Source: a virus. Taken from it: 64,000 bases of DNA. A program made the position numbers and the translations under genes. Location of the stretch: the IMG/VR virus record IMGVR_UViG_3300033233_000009, positions 32,001 through 96,000 of that record; one strand, given 5' to 3'. Position 1 is the stretch's first letter, and every line of letters begins with the position of its first letter. Below the pieces are notes generated by a model. The model worked only from the letters and a program-made list of their open reading frames with translations, was not told where the DNA came from and made no database searches. This document shows, piece after piece, positions 9,586 to 18,637 of this stretch.

Positions 9586-10163
9586 GACGCTACGAGCGCA
9601 ACTTCGACGCGCGCCGCGCGGCCACGTCGCTTCGGGAGAAGTTCATCGACGCGCCTGCCACGAAGGAGCAGGTGATGCGGTGGGAGTGGCCGAAGGAAAT
9701 GCAGGAGGTCGGGCGCTGGGATGCGGGCGAGGGTGCGGTGATGTACGCATCCTCAAAGTGGCAGAAAAACCCCAGCAAGGTGATCGACTACAAGCACCTC
9801 GCCGAGGGCCCGCAGCGCCTGCTCGTACTGCCGGGTTTCCTGCGTGACTACCACCGGCCGGGGTCGAAGATCCCGGTCACGGGACCGATGGTCGAGCTGG
9901 ACGGGCCGCTGCCCGAAGCGTTCGCGGTGCTCGCGCCCATCCTCGGGATCCAGGCACGCCTGTACGACGGCGGCACCGAGGGGGAACCGGAGCTGTCGGA
10001 TGACAGCCTGTACCAGATCAACATCGCGAACGCGACGCTCGCCGCGGCGAAGCATCCGCGTACCGGGCAGACGTTCCTGTTCGTCTACACCGAGAAGGAA
10101 GGGCCGCTCTGCGTCATCACGGGCGACATCCTCGACGTGGAGAAGGACGGGATCGTAGGGTAG
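9582..10163 (+). CDS. Hypothetical protein
   Basis: ATGA overlap, protein-like composition. Confidence 0.65.
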   Translation: MRRYERNFDARRAATSLREKFIDAPATKEQVMRWEWPKEMQEVGRWDAGEGAVMYASSKWQKNPSKVIDYKHLAEGPQRLLVLPGFLRDYHRPGSKIPVTGPMVELDGPLPEAFAVLAPILGIQARLYDGGTEGEPELSDDSLYQINIANATLAAAKHPRTGQTFLFVYTEKEGPLCVITGDILDVEKDGIVG

Positions 10164-10166
10164 GTC

Positions 10167-12590
10167 ATGGCGTACGCGAGCACGCGCGGGTTCGGCCTGG
10201 GCGCCGAGGCATCGGCCGGCGCGTCGCTGGCGACGCCCGGATTGCCCACGGTCGCGTGGGCGCCGCCGCAGGTGCGGTTCAACGCGGCCGACTACCAGCC
10301 CCAGACATTCGCGCAGGCGCAGTTTGCGAAGTGGTCGCACTCGTCGATGCAGGCGGACATCGAGAAGGGCCGCGCGCAGCTTTCCGCCAAGCTCGGTGTG
10401 ACGCTCCCGAAGCTGCCGGCGATGGGGCAATCGGAGGTCACGAGCTGGACGGCGGCGTACGCGCTGGCGCACGGCGTCCCCACGAACTTCGAGGACGGGG
10501 CGAAGATGGTGACCGCGTTCGCGCACGCGCAGGCTGCGAAGCTGGGCGTGCCGCCGGAGTGGATCGCGGCGGCCGACGTGCTGATGCACCCGCCGACGAC
10601 GACGGCAGAAGCCACCGCGCTCGTCGCGGACGTCGGCAAGGCGTATTTCGCGAAGTACGGCATCGCGCTCCTCCAGAACGAGCTGATGAGCGTCAGCACG
10701 AACCTCGCGATGGTGACGCAGGCGATCCCGGTGGAGTTCGCGGTCGCCGGGTTCGACGCGCTGAAGGACGGCAAGCTGACGGGCGAGGAAATCGCCGGCA
10801 TCGCCGTGCAGGCGGCGGCGTACGCCTGCGGCATGCTCCTCCAGGGGATCGGGATCCCGGCGCCGCTCGGGGCGCTCATTGGAGGGGTGATTGCGGGGCA
10901 GCTCTCGGCGGTCGCGGACAACGTGATTCACGCGGACGACGCGGATACGCGCGCGCGCAAGGCCGCGTACGCCGCGCTCGACAAGCAGCGCGAGGCGCTG
11001 ATGACGGAATGCGCGAGCGCCGCCCAGGAGACGTGGAACAAGACGCAGGAGTACTGGGATCAGGTGCTCGGGCGCATCCAGGCGCTCCTCGACGTGCCGG
11101 CCATTGCCGCGCGGATCCGCGCGGCGGGAGGGATCCGGTACTACGGCCGCAACGTGGTCCAGCTCCCGGCCGGGGTCGTGCTGCCCGAGACCAGCAGCGT
11201 CGTGGCCAAGCGGTTTCGGGAGCCGGGCGACTGGGAGGCGTGGGCAAAGCAGGCCGAGGCGGACGCGAAGGCCGCAGAAGCAATCGCAAAGAAGCACTAC
11301 GGATCCAGAGACGCCGGCCCCTACATCGCCAAGGCGGGAGCGGCACGCAAGCGCGCAACCGATCTGGCCAAGAAGGCCGCGGAGCAGCCCAGGCTGCCGC
11401 TGTACGAGTACGGCTTCGACTGCCTGTGGTGGGAGGGACAGCTCGACCACCGGCAGGGCCAGCCGGTGCTGCCGCGGAACGCGCGCCCGTTTCCCGACGG
11501 CTGCCTCTACTACGGGCGCGTCCGACCCACCGGCGTGTGGGTGGGGAGTGAGCAGAAGCTCGACCCGGCGCAGTGGATGCAGGGCCCCTACTGGGTGGAT
11601 CCGAGCCGAGTCTGGGAGCGCTGCGCTGCGCGATCCTCCATGCGGTGGTACCCGTCGTTCCGGGCAGGGGACACCGACGAGTCGTGCAGCGCGGCGATGA
11701 AGGTCGCGGCCGAGTTCCGCTTCGACTTCACGCCCGATTATGAGACGCGCAAGATGAACGTGCGGCTCACTCCGTACACCGACCACCAGAGTGCGGTACG
11801 GACGAAGATCGTCACGATCACGCGGGGCGCGCTCGTGGACGGCGCGCCGAACGCACAGGCCGCGCTCCAGTTCTGGGGCGCGAAGCGGCCGACCTCGCCG
11901 GTGCTCTACTCGGACGGCTCCGATGCGTCGCAGTGGAAGCAGTTTGCCTACATCGACCCGGGCGCGATGGAGGTGCACAAGGTCGCCGGGAGCCTCACGG
12001 CGAAGCTGAACCTGCCGTTCGACTACTGCGACGTGAACCAGTGGATGGCGGCGGTGCAGACCGCGGCGGCGGCGTCGGCGCTCGTGGAGCAGGACATCGT
12101 CCGCACGGTGGCGTGGCAGGCCGGCGCGGAGGAGGCCCGGAGGGTCGCAGCCGACTGGCAGAAGCTCGCGGCGCTGACACCCGACCAGCAGCAGCAGCTC
12201 GTCGCCTACGCGAAGGCGGCGCAGACGGAGAAGGAGAACTGGGCGAAGCTCGCGGCGCTGACGCCGGAGCAGCAACGCCAGCTCGTCGCGTACGCTGCGC
12301 AGCAGGCCGAGCAGCGGCGCCAGCTCCTCGCCTACGCGGCGGCGCTGAAGGCCAAGCAGCAGTCGGACATGATCGCCGCGCGGGCCAACCGGGCCCTGCT
12401 CCAGGCGAAGGCGCTCGGGGCGGCGCGGGCGGCGTCGGGCGCGTACGCCGTGGCGCTGAAGGCCCGGCTCGGCTACCAGGCGGCGCAGATGAGCCAGCGG
12501 ACGACGCTACTCCTGGGCGGCCTGGCGATCGGGGCCTTCCTGCTGTGGAAGGTCGCTACGGGCAGCAAGCGGGCCCGACCGAAAACTTGA
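10167..12590 (+). CDS. Large (807 aa) membrane-associated protein, candidate entry/DNA-delivery protein
   Basis: Gly-rich hydrophobic stretch GMLLQGIGIPAPLGALIGGVIAG, coiled-coil segments, C-terminal TM plus basic tail. Confidence 0.55.
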   Translation: MAYASTRGFGLGAEASAGASLATPGLPTVAWAPPQVRFNAADYQPQTFAQAQFAKWSHSSMQADIEKGRAQLSAKLGVTLPKLPAMGQSEVTSWTAAYALAHGVPTNFEDGAKMVTAFAHAQAAKLGVPPEWIAAADVLMHPPTTTAEATALVADVGKAYFAKYGIALLQNELMSVSTNLAMVTQAIPVEFAVAGFDALKDGKLTGEEIAGIAVQAAAYACGMLLQGIGIPAPLGALIGGVIAGQLSAVADNVIHADDADTRARKAAYAALDKQREALMTECASAAQETWNKTQEYWDQVLGRIQALLDVPAIAARIRAAGGIRYYGRNVVQLPAGVVLPETSSVVAKRFREPGDWEAWAKQAEADAKAAEAIAKKHYGSRDAGPYIAKAGAARKRATDLAKKAAEQPRLPLYEYGFDCLWWEGQLDHRQGQPVLPRNARPFPDGCLYYGRVRPTGVWVGSEQKLDPAQWMQGPYWVDPSRVWERCAARSSMRWYPSFRAGDTDESCSAAMKVAAEFRFDFTPDYETRKMNVRLTPYTDHQSAVRTKIVTITRGALVDGAPNAQAALQFWGAKRPTSPVLYSDGSDASQWKQFAYIDPGAMEVHKVAGSLTAKLNLPFDYCDVNQWMAAVQTAAAASALVEQDIVRTVAWQAGAEEARRVAADWQKLAALTPDQQQQLVAYAKAAQTEKENWAKLAALTPEQQRQLVAYAAQQAEQRRQLLAYAAALKAKQQSDMIAARANRALLQAKALGAARAASGAYAVALKARLGYQAAQMSQRTTLLLGGLAIGAFLLWKVATGSKRARPKT

Positions 12591-12616
12591 CGGTGGCGTG
12601 GGCGGCGCGGGAAGCT
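12579..12616 (+). promoter_or_regulatory. Promoter CCGAAAAC-TTGACG-N18-GAAGCT
   Basis: 17-nt identity with the 8552-8568 site; 7 nt before ATG. Confidence 0.6.
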
Positions 12617-12623
12617 ATCGACC

Positions 12624-13217
12624 ATGAGCTACCACGTGAACCCGATCGCCCGGAGCCTGCCTCGCCTCGGCGCTCGGTCCGTCGGAGGGCTCGGTACGGT
12701 GGCCCCGCCTCCGGTGCTCCACGCGGCGCCGCGCCCGCTCACCGCCGCGGACTGGGCGAACATCGCGGCCTACGCGAAGGCGGTCAAGGCGGCCGAGGCA
12801 GCGAAGGTGACCGCGCCGCCCCCGCCCACGACCGTGCCGGTGGTGTCGCTCGCGACGCTGGTCAGCAAGCTCCAAGCGAAGGGCGCGACCCCCGACGAGG
12901 TCGGCTACTTCCAGGCGTGCATGACCGACAAGCTCGGCGACAAGCCGCCCACGGCGTGCGAAACGGAGGCTCGGAGCCTGGCAAAGCTCTCGGCGGAGGG
13001 GCTCGCGTTCTACAAGTCGTGCGCGAGCCAGCGCGCCGCGGACATGCCGGTCCGCACGCAGCACTCCGCGTGCTACGGCGAGGCGCTCAAGATCGCGAGC
13101 GGCGGCGCGGCGCCGGATGGCGGTGGCGCGACGACGACCGCCGGCATGGGCACCACGAAGTGGCTGCTGATCGGCGGCGTCGCGGTGGCGCTCTACTTCC
13201 TCGTGATCCGCAGGTAG
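12624..13217 (+). CDS. Cys-containing membrane-anchored protein
   Basis: PPVLHAA.RPLTA.DWANI module, 4 Cys, C-terminal TM. Confidence 0.6.
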   Translation: MSYHVNPIARSLPRLGARSVGGLGTVAPPPVLHAAPRPLTAADWANIAAYAKAVKAAEAAKVTAPPPPTTVPVVSLATLVSKLQAKGATPDEVGYFQACMTDKLGDKPPTACETEARSLAKLSAEGLAFYKSCASQRAADMPVRTQHSACYGEALKIASGGAAPDGGGATTTAGMGTTKWLLIGGVAVALYFLVIRR

Positions 13218-13227
13218 GAGGCTTCCG

Positions 13228-13452
13228 ATGGCCTTTGCGACCAGCGCCGACGCCGTGCAGAGCGGCGTGTTCCGTGCTCGGACCCGAGCGGTCGCGCCGG
13301 CACCCGTGCCGCAGCCGGTGGCCCTGGTGCTGGCCCCCGCTCCCGCAACGCCGCCGCCCGCCCCCGCCGCGGGGGGCTTCCGCTCCTGGTGGTGGCTCGC
13401 CCTGCTTGCAGCAGGTGGCTACCTCGTCTGGCGCCAGCGAACGAAGCGGTAA
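13228..13452 (+). CDS. Small Pro-rich protein with C-terminal TM
   Basis: GGAGG RBS; WWWLALLAAGGYLVW plus RQRTKR. Confidence 0.6.
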   Translation: MAFATSADAVQSGVFRARTRAVAPAPVPQPVALVLAPAPATPPPAPAAGGFRSWWWLALLAAGGYLVWRQRTKR

Positions 13453-13655
13453 CCGTTCAGGCCGCCGGCCCCGGCCGGGAGCGTCTGCGCAGCAACCCAG
13501 GTGAGCGCGAACACCTCGATGAGACCCGCCGCGACGAGCGCCTGCAACGCGACGTTCCGTCGGCCGCCCGCGAGATAAATGCCGGTGGCGACGAGGGATG
13601 CGCGGAGGAGGGCGGTCCCCATGACGCCCCAGAAGGCCCCGGGGACGCCGTCCAC
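13419..13655 (-). CDS. Possible small membrane protein, the only plausible minus-strand gene
   Basis: Two hydrophobic stretches; start uncertain. Confidence 0.35.
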   Translation of the reverse strand: MDGVPGAFWGVMGTALLRASLVATGIYLAGGRRNVALQALVAAGLIEVFALTWVAAQTLPAGAGGLNGYRFVRWRQTR

Positions 13656-13747
13656 GAACTGGATGGCGGCACGGGAGGACGGAAGCTCACGCGGGTCCGG
13701 TCCGGCATTGGCCCCCCAAGATTAGCCGGCCACCATTTTTCGGTGCA

Positions 13748-13782
13748 GAAAAGTTGACGGGCTGTTTTCTCCTGGGTAGCTT
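13748..13782 (+). promoter_or_regulatory. Promoter GAAAAG-TTGACG-N17-TAGCTT upstream of the core/capsid operon
   Basis: Sigma70-like hexamers in an AT-richer intergenic region. Confidence 0.6.
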
Positions 13783-13860
13783 CACCATCGACCCGTAGGA
13801 GCCAGCCGTACTTTCGAGGCCGCTGGGCACACCGCGCTAAGCGCGGAGGTATGCCCGAAG

Positions 13861-15891
13861 ATGGCCAGAACAATCGGCAAGGCGTTCAAGATCGGCAAGA
13901 AGGACGTGAAGTCCTACGGCTACGCCACGCCGAACCGCCGCGCGGGTGGCCGCATGACGGCGAACGCCGGGGTGACGGCCATCGCGGCCATCAACGGCCC
14001 CGGGGCACACGCTCGGCACCACCGGGGCGTGAGCGCGCGGGCGGCCATGAACGGTCTGTCGCGCGAGGAGCGCCTCGCGCGGGCTCGCAAGATCACCGGC
14101 GCTGACCGGGCGGCGTTCGCGCGCCGCATGGGTGCCGCCACGAAAACCAGAGGAACAACCATGCGAACGAACGCCAGTCCAGCGCAGATCGCGGCCGCAC
14201 GCCGCAACATCAAGAAGGCCATCGCTGCCCGTCGGGCAGGCGGTCATCGCCCGAACCTGCGTCCGATGCGGTTCGGTCGCCCGCTGGGCCGGCCCGGGCT
14301 GCGTCCGAACACCTGGCCCGGCGAGGTCCGTCGGCACGAGCACGCCGCGGCGCGCGGCTGGGCTCTGCGTACCGGGTCCCGTCCGCCGTTCGCCTCGACG
14401 CTGGGCACGGCGGCCAGGCGACGGAAGAAGAAGAAGCACACGGCCAACAGCCGGAGGAAGAAGACCATGAGAACCCATCGCCGGAACTTCAGCGCGAAGC
14501 AGCGGGCTGCCGCGCTCCGCAACCTCCGCAAGGCACGTGCCGCGCGGAAGCACCGCCCGAACGCCCGGAAGACGCGGAGCCGCCGGAAGGCGCACCGCCG
14601 CAACGGGCTGGTGTCGAACAAGCGGCGCGTCGCGCGGCGCAGGAGCCACCGCAAGAACTTCAGCGCGAAGCAGCGGGCCGCCGCGCTCCGCAACCTGCGC
14701 AAGGCGCGCGCGGCGCGGAAGCACCGCCCGAACGCCAAGCGGCGTACGGCTCGCCGGAGCCACCGTCGCAACGGCCTGGTCTCGAACAAGCGGCGCACGC
14801 ACCGCCGGAACTTCAGCGCGAAGCAGCGGGCTGCCGCGCTCCGCAACCTCCGCAAGGCACGTGCCGCGCGGAAGCACCGCCCGAACCGGAAGCACCGCCG
14901 GAACACGCACCGCAAGGCGCACCGCCGGAGCCACCGCCGCAACGGCCTGGTCTCGAACGGAGCATTCCGTCGCAACCAGTTCCTCGCGACGGCCAAGGCG
15001 GTCCTCAAGATCGGCGCGATCACCACGGCGGGCTTCGTGGCGCACAAGGCCGTCACCAAGGTCTTCACCGACCAGATCCTCGACCGCATCCTCGGGTCGA
15101 GCGGCGCGGCCTCCCCGGCCAAGCCGGCGGCGGCGAGCGGGCTCGAAGCGCTCCAGCCCTACCGGAGCATCATCGGCGGCGCCGCAGTCGCGGCGGCCGG
15201 CGTGTTCCTGGCCAACAAGGTGGTCAAGGACACGCAGACCAAGATGTTCCTCACGGCCGGCATCGCGACCTCGCTCGTTCACTCGATCGCGGTCGTCGCG
15301 CTGGCGAAGCTCGCTCCGTCGTACTCCGGCTACCTGTCCGGCGACGGAACGGCAGCCAACATCTCGGCCATGTACGGCTTCGGTGCGGGCGCGAGCATCA
15401 TGCCCGAGTACCACCCGATCAACGGCCTGGGCGAGTACTTCGCGCAGAACGGCCTGGGCGAGTACTTCGCGCAGAACGGCCTGGGCGAGTACTTCGCGCA
15501 GAACGGCCTGGGCGCGTACACGAGCAACCCCGACCTGATGCAGGCGGCGGCGGGCTACGGCGTGGTCGAGAACCAGAACAGCAACATCGTGGACCCCGGT
15601 GGTGACCTCGACGCGCAGCTTTCGATCGCGGAAGCGGCGGCGGGCGTCGGCGCGGTGCCCTACGAGGCGGCAGCCGGCTTCGGCCGGGTGCAGCCGTTCG
15701 AGGCGAGCGCGGGCTACGGCGGCTTCGGTGCGGTGAGCACCGTGCCGCCCACGGCCGACACCTGGATCCCCGGCTCGTCGCACGGCCAGCTCTGGGCAGG
15801 CACCCGCGACATCACCGCGGGCCAGTCGGCCCACGAGATGGTGAGCGCCGGGATCATGGAGACCGGCGGCAACCAGGGGGTCTTCGGCTGA
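13861..15891 (+). CDS. Arg/Lys-rich protamine-like core protein with TM segments and NGLGEYFAQ repeats
   Basis: 3x HRxNFSAKQRAAALRNLRKARAARKHRPN; central hydrophobic segments; acidic Gly-rich C-terminus. Confidence 0.7.
   Translation: MARTIGKAFKIGKKDVKSYGYATPNRRAGGRMTANAGVTAIAAINGPGAHARHHRGVSARAAMNGLSREERLARARKITGADRAAFARRMGAATKTRGTTMRTNASPAQIAAARRNIKKAIAARRAGGHRPNLRPMRFGRPLGRPGLRPNTWPGEVRRHEHAAARGWALRTGSRPPFASTLGTAARRRKKKKHTANSRRKKTMRTHRRNFSAKQRAAALRNLRKARAARKHRPNARKTRSRRKAHRRNGLVSNKRRVARRRSHRKNFSAKQRAAALRNLRKARAARKHRPNAKRRTARRSHRRNGLVSNKRRTHRRNFSAKQRAAALRNLRKARAARKHRPNRKHRRNTHRKAHRRSHRRNGLVSNGAFRRNQFLATAKAVLKIGAITTAGFVAHKAVTKVFTDQILDRILGSSGAASPAKPAAASGLEALQPYRSIIGGAAVAAAGVFLANKVVKDTQTKMFLTAGIATSLVHSIAVVALAKLAPSYSGYLSGDGTAANISAMYGFGAGASIMPEYHPINGLGEYFAQNGLGEYFAQNGLGEYFAQNGLGAYTSNPDLMQAAAGYGVVENQNSNIVDPGGDLDAQLSIAEAAAGVGAVPYEAAAGFGRVQPFEASAGYGGFGAVSTVPPTADTWIPGSSHGQLWAGTRDITAGQSAHEMVSAGIMETGGNQGVFG
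14476..14886 (+). repeat. Three copies of an ~80-bp coding repeat
   Basis: aacttcagcgcgaagcagcggg...cggaagcaccgcccgaac recurs three times. Confidence 0.85.
15421..15514 (+). repeat. 27-bp tandem coding repeat, ~3.5 copies (NGLGEYFAQ)
   Basis: aacggcctgggcgagtacttcgcgcag x3 plus partial; 26 nt of the array recur at 22205-22230. Confidence 0.9.
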
Positions 15892-15899
15892 GCTAGCCG

Positions 15900-16100
15900 A
15901 TTCCCTCGCGCTCCAGGCGCGGTGTCCTCCGGCAACGGAGGCCCGCGCCTTGGGCGCGTAGAGAGCACCCGTTCCCTTCCCCAGCTCCGCCCAGGAGGTT
16001 CCGCAACAGCGGTTCCCTGGGCTTCGGCCGTTGAGAGCCCAAGAGGGAATTTCCCCTCGAACGAGGAACGTAGCCTCGCAAAAAACGGTAAGGCTCATAC
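15900..16100 (+). ncRNA. Structured leader or intergenic RNA upstream of the putative capsid gene
   Basis: Nested stems 15907-15958 capped by a GCAA tetraloop; stem 16013-16049; further small hairpins. Confidence 0.4.
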
Positions 16101-16109
16101 GGAGTTACC

Positions 16110-16868
16110 ATGGCAAAGGTCGTTTCCATTCGCGAGCGAGTGCACCAGCCCTTCTGGGACAGTCTCGTTCGCACTGCCGGCTTGACCGCCGGTGCCCTCA
16201 ACGACACCACGTCGCTGTTCACCTCGAACGGCGCGCGGTCCGAGGCCACCACCAACCTGATCAACGGCAGCACGCTGCCGTCCGACCAGTCGCACGTGGT
16301 GCTCGCGCTCCGCGTGTTCACGTGGTTCCGCAACCCGATCCTCCGGGTCCCGGGCGGCGCGCCCGGCTCGGGCGAAGTCTCCGAGAACGGCGACTACGGC
16401 ACGCTCACCCCGTGGCTCGTCGGCGGTCCCGGCTTCGGCCAGGCTCCGGCGAACATCGAGGACATCTACCGCCTGCACTGGCAGACGGAGGAGCAGCTCC
16501 ACTGGAGCTTCGGAACGGGCCTCAAGAACAGCATCGACAATGTTCCGACGTGGTACTTCCCGACGGGAGGGGGCATCTCGGGCGACATGGGCGCCGCAAC
16601 CGACCTCATTCACTGGCAGAACAGTGGATGGGACGGGCACAGCGGGATCCTGCGGCTCGCCCGCGCGATCCTGATTCCGCCCCGCCAGAACATCCTCTGC
16701 CAGGCCAAGATTTTCGCCCTCCCCGACGCGGGGCAGGCGCAGACCTTCCTGACGTCGCAGGGGTCGCGGAACATGCTGTCCCTCAAGGACAACCTGAACG
16801 CGGTGGACGCGGCGCAGAAGTGCATCACGTTCGTGTTCGACGGTCTGTTCTCCCGAGACGTTCAGTAG
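16110..16868 (+). CDS. Putative major capsid protein (single jelly-roll type)
   Basis: QPFWDS, TNLINGSTLP, LARAILIPPRQN, C-terminal ITFVFDG beta pattern; no TM; follows the basic core protein; GGAG RBS. Fold inferred, not computed. Confidence 0.55.
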   Translation: MAKVVSIRERVHQPFWDSLVRTAGLTAGALNDTTSLFTSNGARSEATTNLINGSTLPSDQSHVVLALRVFTWFRNPILRVPGGAPGSGEVSENGDYGTLTPWLVGGPGFGQAPANIEDIYRLHWQTEEQLHWSFGTGLKNSIDNVPTWYFPTGGGISGDMGAATDLIHWQNSGWDGHSGILRLARAILIPPRQNILCQAKIFALPDAGQAQTFLTSQGSRNMLSLKDNLNAVDAAQKCITFVFDGLFSRDVQ

Positions 16869-16901
16869 CCAAGTACTGCGCGGCACGGAAGGGACACGGG
16901 A

Positions 16902-16938
16902 AGTGGTCGCGGGGCCTTCGACGGGCCTCGCGACCACT
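16902..16938 (+). terminator. 15-bp GC hairpin after the capsid gene, containing 16 nt identical to the CRISPR repeat
   Basis: agtggtcgcggggcc-ttcgacg-ggcctcgcgaccact; no U-tract, so termination is uncertain. Confidence 0.5.
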
Positions 16939-17009
16939 CGCTCCCGAGCGGGGGCAGGTCTGATGCGTACGGCGCGCTCCGCCGGTACTCCCTTGTGGAG
17001 GTAGCTACG

Positions 17010-17972
17010 ATGAATCCCATGCTTCAGCAGTTGATGGACAGCGCGGGCCTCGCGATCAAGCAGTCGCGTGACGCGCTGGCGGCCTCGCAGCAGATCGGCA
17101 ATCAGGTCAGCGGGGTGCGCCAGGAAATGGCGCGGCTCGCGCAGAACGCAGCCGATCTCCAGTCGGCGATCGGTCGCTTGCAGGTACAGCGGGCGAACGG
17201 CGACCCGGGCATCCAGCGGGTCGAGAACATCCCCGGGCGGCGGGTGCCGTTCGACCTGTTCGTGGACATCCCCATCGGGGACAACGTGACGAGCGTCCAG
17301 CAGGGCACGATCACGATCAGCCAGGAGGGGCCGTTCGTGGCCGTCTCCCGGATGGCGGTCTTCCTCTCGACCTACCAGTTCCAGGTGGTCACGGACCCGA
17401 ACCAGCCGAACAGCAAGGCGACGTTCGCCGGGCGGAGCTTCGGAAGGCAGCGGCCGATCCACAGCGTGTGGGACCTGAACGACGGGCTGCCGCGCACGCA
17501 GGTCGTGATGGCCGTCGCGATGCCGGGCACGGGCGCCCCGCAGGTGATCAGCCCGTCGAACGCGAGCCCGTTCCGCACGATGGAGGCGGACTACCGGATC
17601 CGGTTCGAGAACGCGGGGTCGAGCTTCCCGCGGTCGAACATCGAAATCCCGAGCGCGTTCTGGACGCGGGGGATGAACGATCCGTTCGAGCTGGCGGCGC
17701 TCGACGTGTTCGAGCGGGGCGAGGTGATGACCTTCCAGGTGCTCCCGCTCCACCCGAACAACCCGCCCTTCGGCAACGTCGCCGGCTTCGGCGCTCCGAA
17801 CCCGGCCTACCCGTTCGTGCAGAGCGGCTGGGATGCGGTGGAAGGCGTCGTGGACGCGAACAACCCCGCTGCCGGCACCACCGATCCGGTGACGCGCGTG
17901 GCGAGCGGCATCCTCACGATCGGCTTCCACGGCTACCGGATCGTCCAGCCTGCGGGCGCGGGCCCGTACTGA
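17010..17972 (+). CDS. Putative second capsid/penton jelly-roll protein with N-terminal coiled coil
   Basis: GGAGG RBS; ITISQEGPFVAV, PFELAALDVFERGEVMTFQV, LTIGFHGYRI. Confidence 0.5.
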   Translation: MNPMLQQLMDSAGLAIKQSRDALAASQQIGNQVSGVRQEMARLAQNAADLQSAIGRLQVQRANGDPGIQRVENIPGRRVPFDLFVDIPIGDNVTSVQQGTITISQEGPFVAVSRMAVFLSTYQFQVVTDPNQPNSKATFAGRSFGRQRPIHSVWDLNDGLPRTQVVMAVAMPGTGAPQVISPSNASPFRTMEADYRIRFENAGSSFPRSNIEIPSAFWTRGMNDPFELAALDVFERGEVMTFQVLPLHPNNPPFGNVAGFGAPNPAYPFVQSGWDAVEGVVDANNPAAGTTDPVTRVASGILTIGFHGYRIVQPAGAGPY

Positions 17973-17986
17973 GAAAGGGCCCCACG

Positions 17987-18625
17987 ATGTCGTACCGCGC
18001 AACGGGTGCTGTTCCTCCGGTTCTCCACGCGGCGCAGCGGCCGCTCACCGCCCAGGACTGGGCGAACATTTCGCTGTACGCCAAGGCCGTGAAGGACGCG
18101 CAGCGGCAGCGCCGCATGGGCGGCGAGCGGGCGATGCACGGCATGGGCGACCTGGGGCTTGGGCTCCTCCCCGCCCCCGCGCCCGTTCCGATGCCGATGC
18201 CGACGCCGACGCCGGTGGCCACCTCCGTGGCCGACTGCGTGCGGCACAACACGCAGAAACTGGCCACGCTTCCGACCCTCCGGCTGGGAGCGCGCGGCGA
18301 GGCGGTGGGCGGCTGGCAGGAGGAGCTGCGACACCTCGGGGCCGCCATCCGGGTGGACAGCGTGTTCGGTCCGGCCACCCGGGCGGTGACGGTGGCCTGG
18401 CAGCGCAAGCACGGTCTGGTACCGGACGGCGTGGTCGGCCCGCGGAGCTGGGCCACGATGATCCAGGTGCACTGCGCCCGGCGGGCACAGATGGATGCCA
18501 TGCGGGCGACGCACGGCATGGGCGCCGAGGCGGAGCTGTCCAAGCCTTCCGTCGTGCTGCCCGCCTTCGTCTACGGGGCCGCGGTGGGTCTCGGGCTGGG
18601 GTACGTCTTCTTCGCGTCGAGGTAG
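17987..18625 (+). CDS. Peptidoglycan-binding domain protein with C-terminal TM
   Basis: LRLGARGEAV..WQ..L...VDSVFGPAT..WQRKHGLVPDGVVGPRSW (PG_binding_1 pattern). Confidence 0.8.
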   Translation: MSYRATGAVPPVLHAAQRPLTAQDWANISLYAKAVKDAQRQRRMGGERAMHGMGDLGLGLLPAPAPVPMPMPTPTPVATSVADCVRHNTQKLATLPTLRLGARGEAVGGWQEELRHLGAAIRVDSVFGPATRAVTVAWQRKHGLVPDGVVGPRSWATMIQVHCARRAQMDAMRATHGMGAEAELSKPSVVLPAFVYGAAVGLGLGYVFFASR

Positions 18626-18637
18626 GAGCACACCGAG

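Noticed and set aside
15421-15514. Tandem 27-bp repeats as a second CRISPR array
   Set aside because: No spacers; in-frame coding repeat
9753-18002. Very long minus-strand ORFs (e.g. 9753-12275, 13837-16098, 16095-18002; also 31031-33442)
   Set aside because: Antisense shadows of high-GC genes; Arg/Pro/Gly-rich with no motifs
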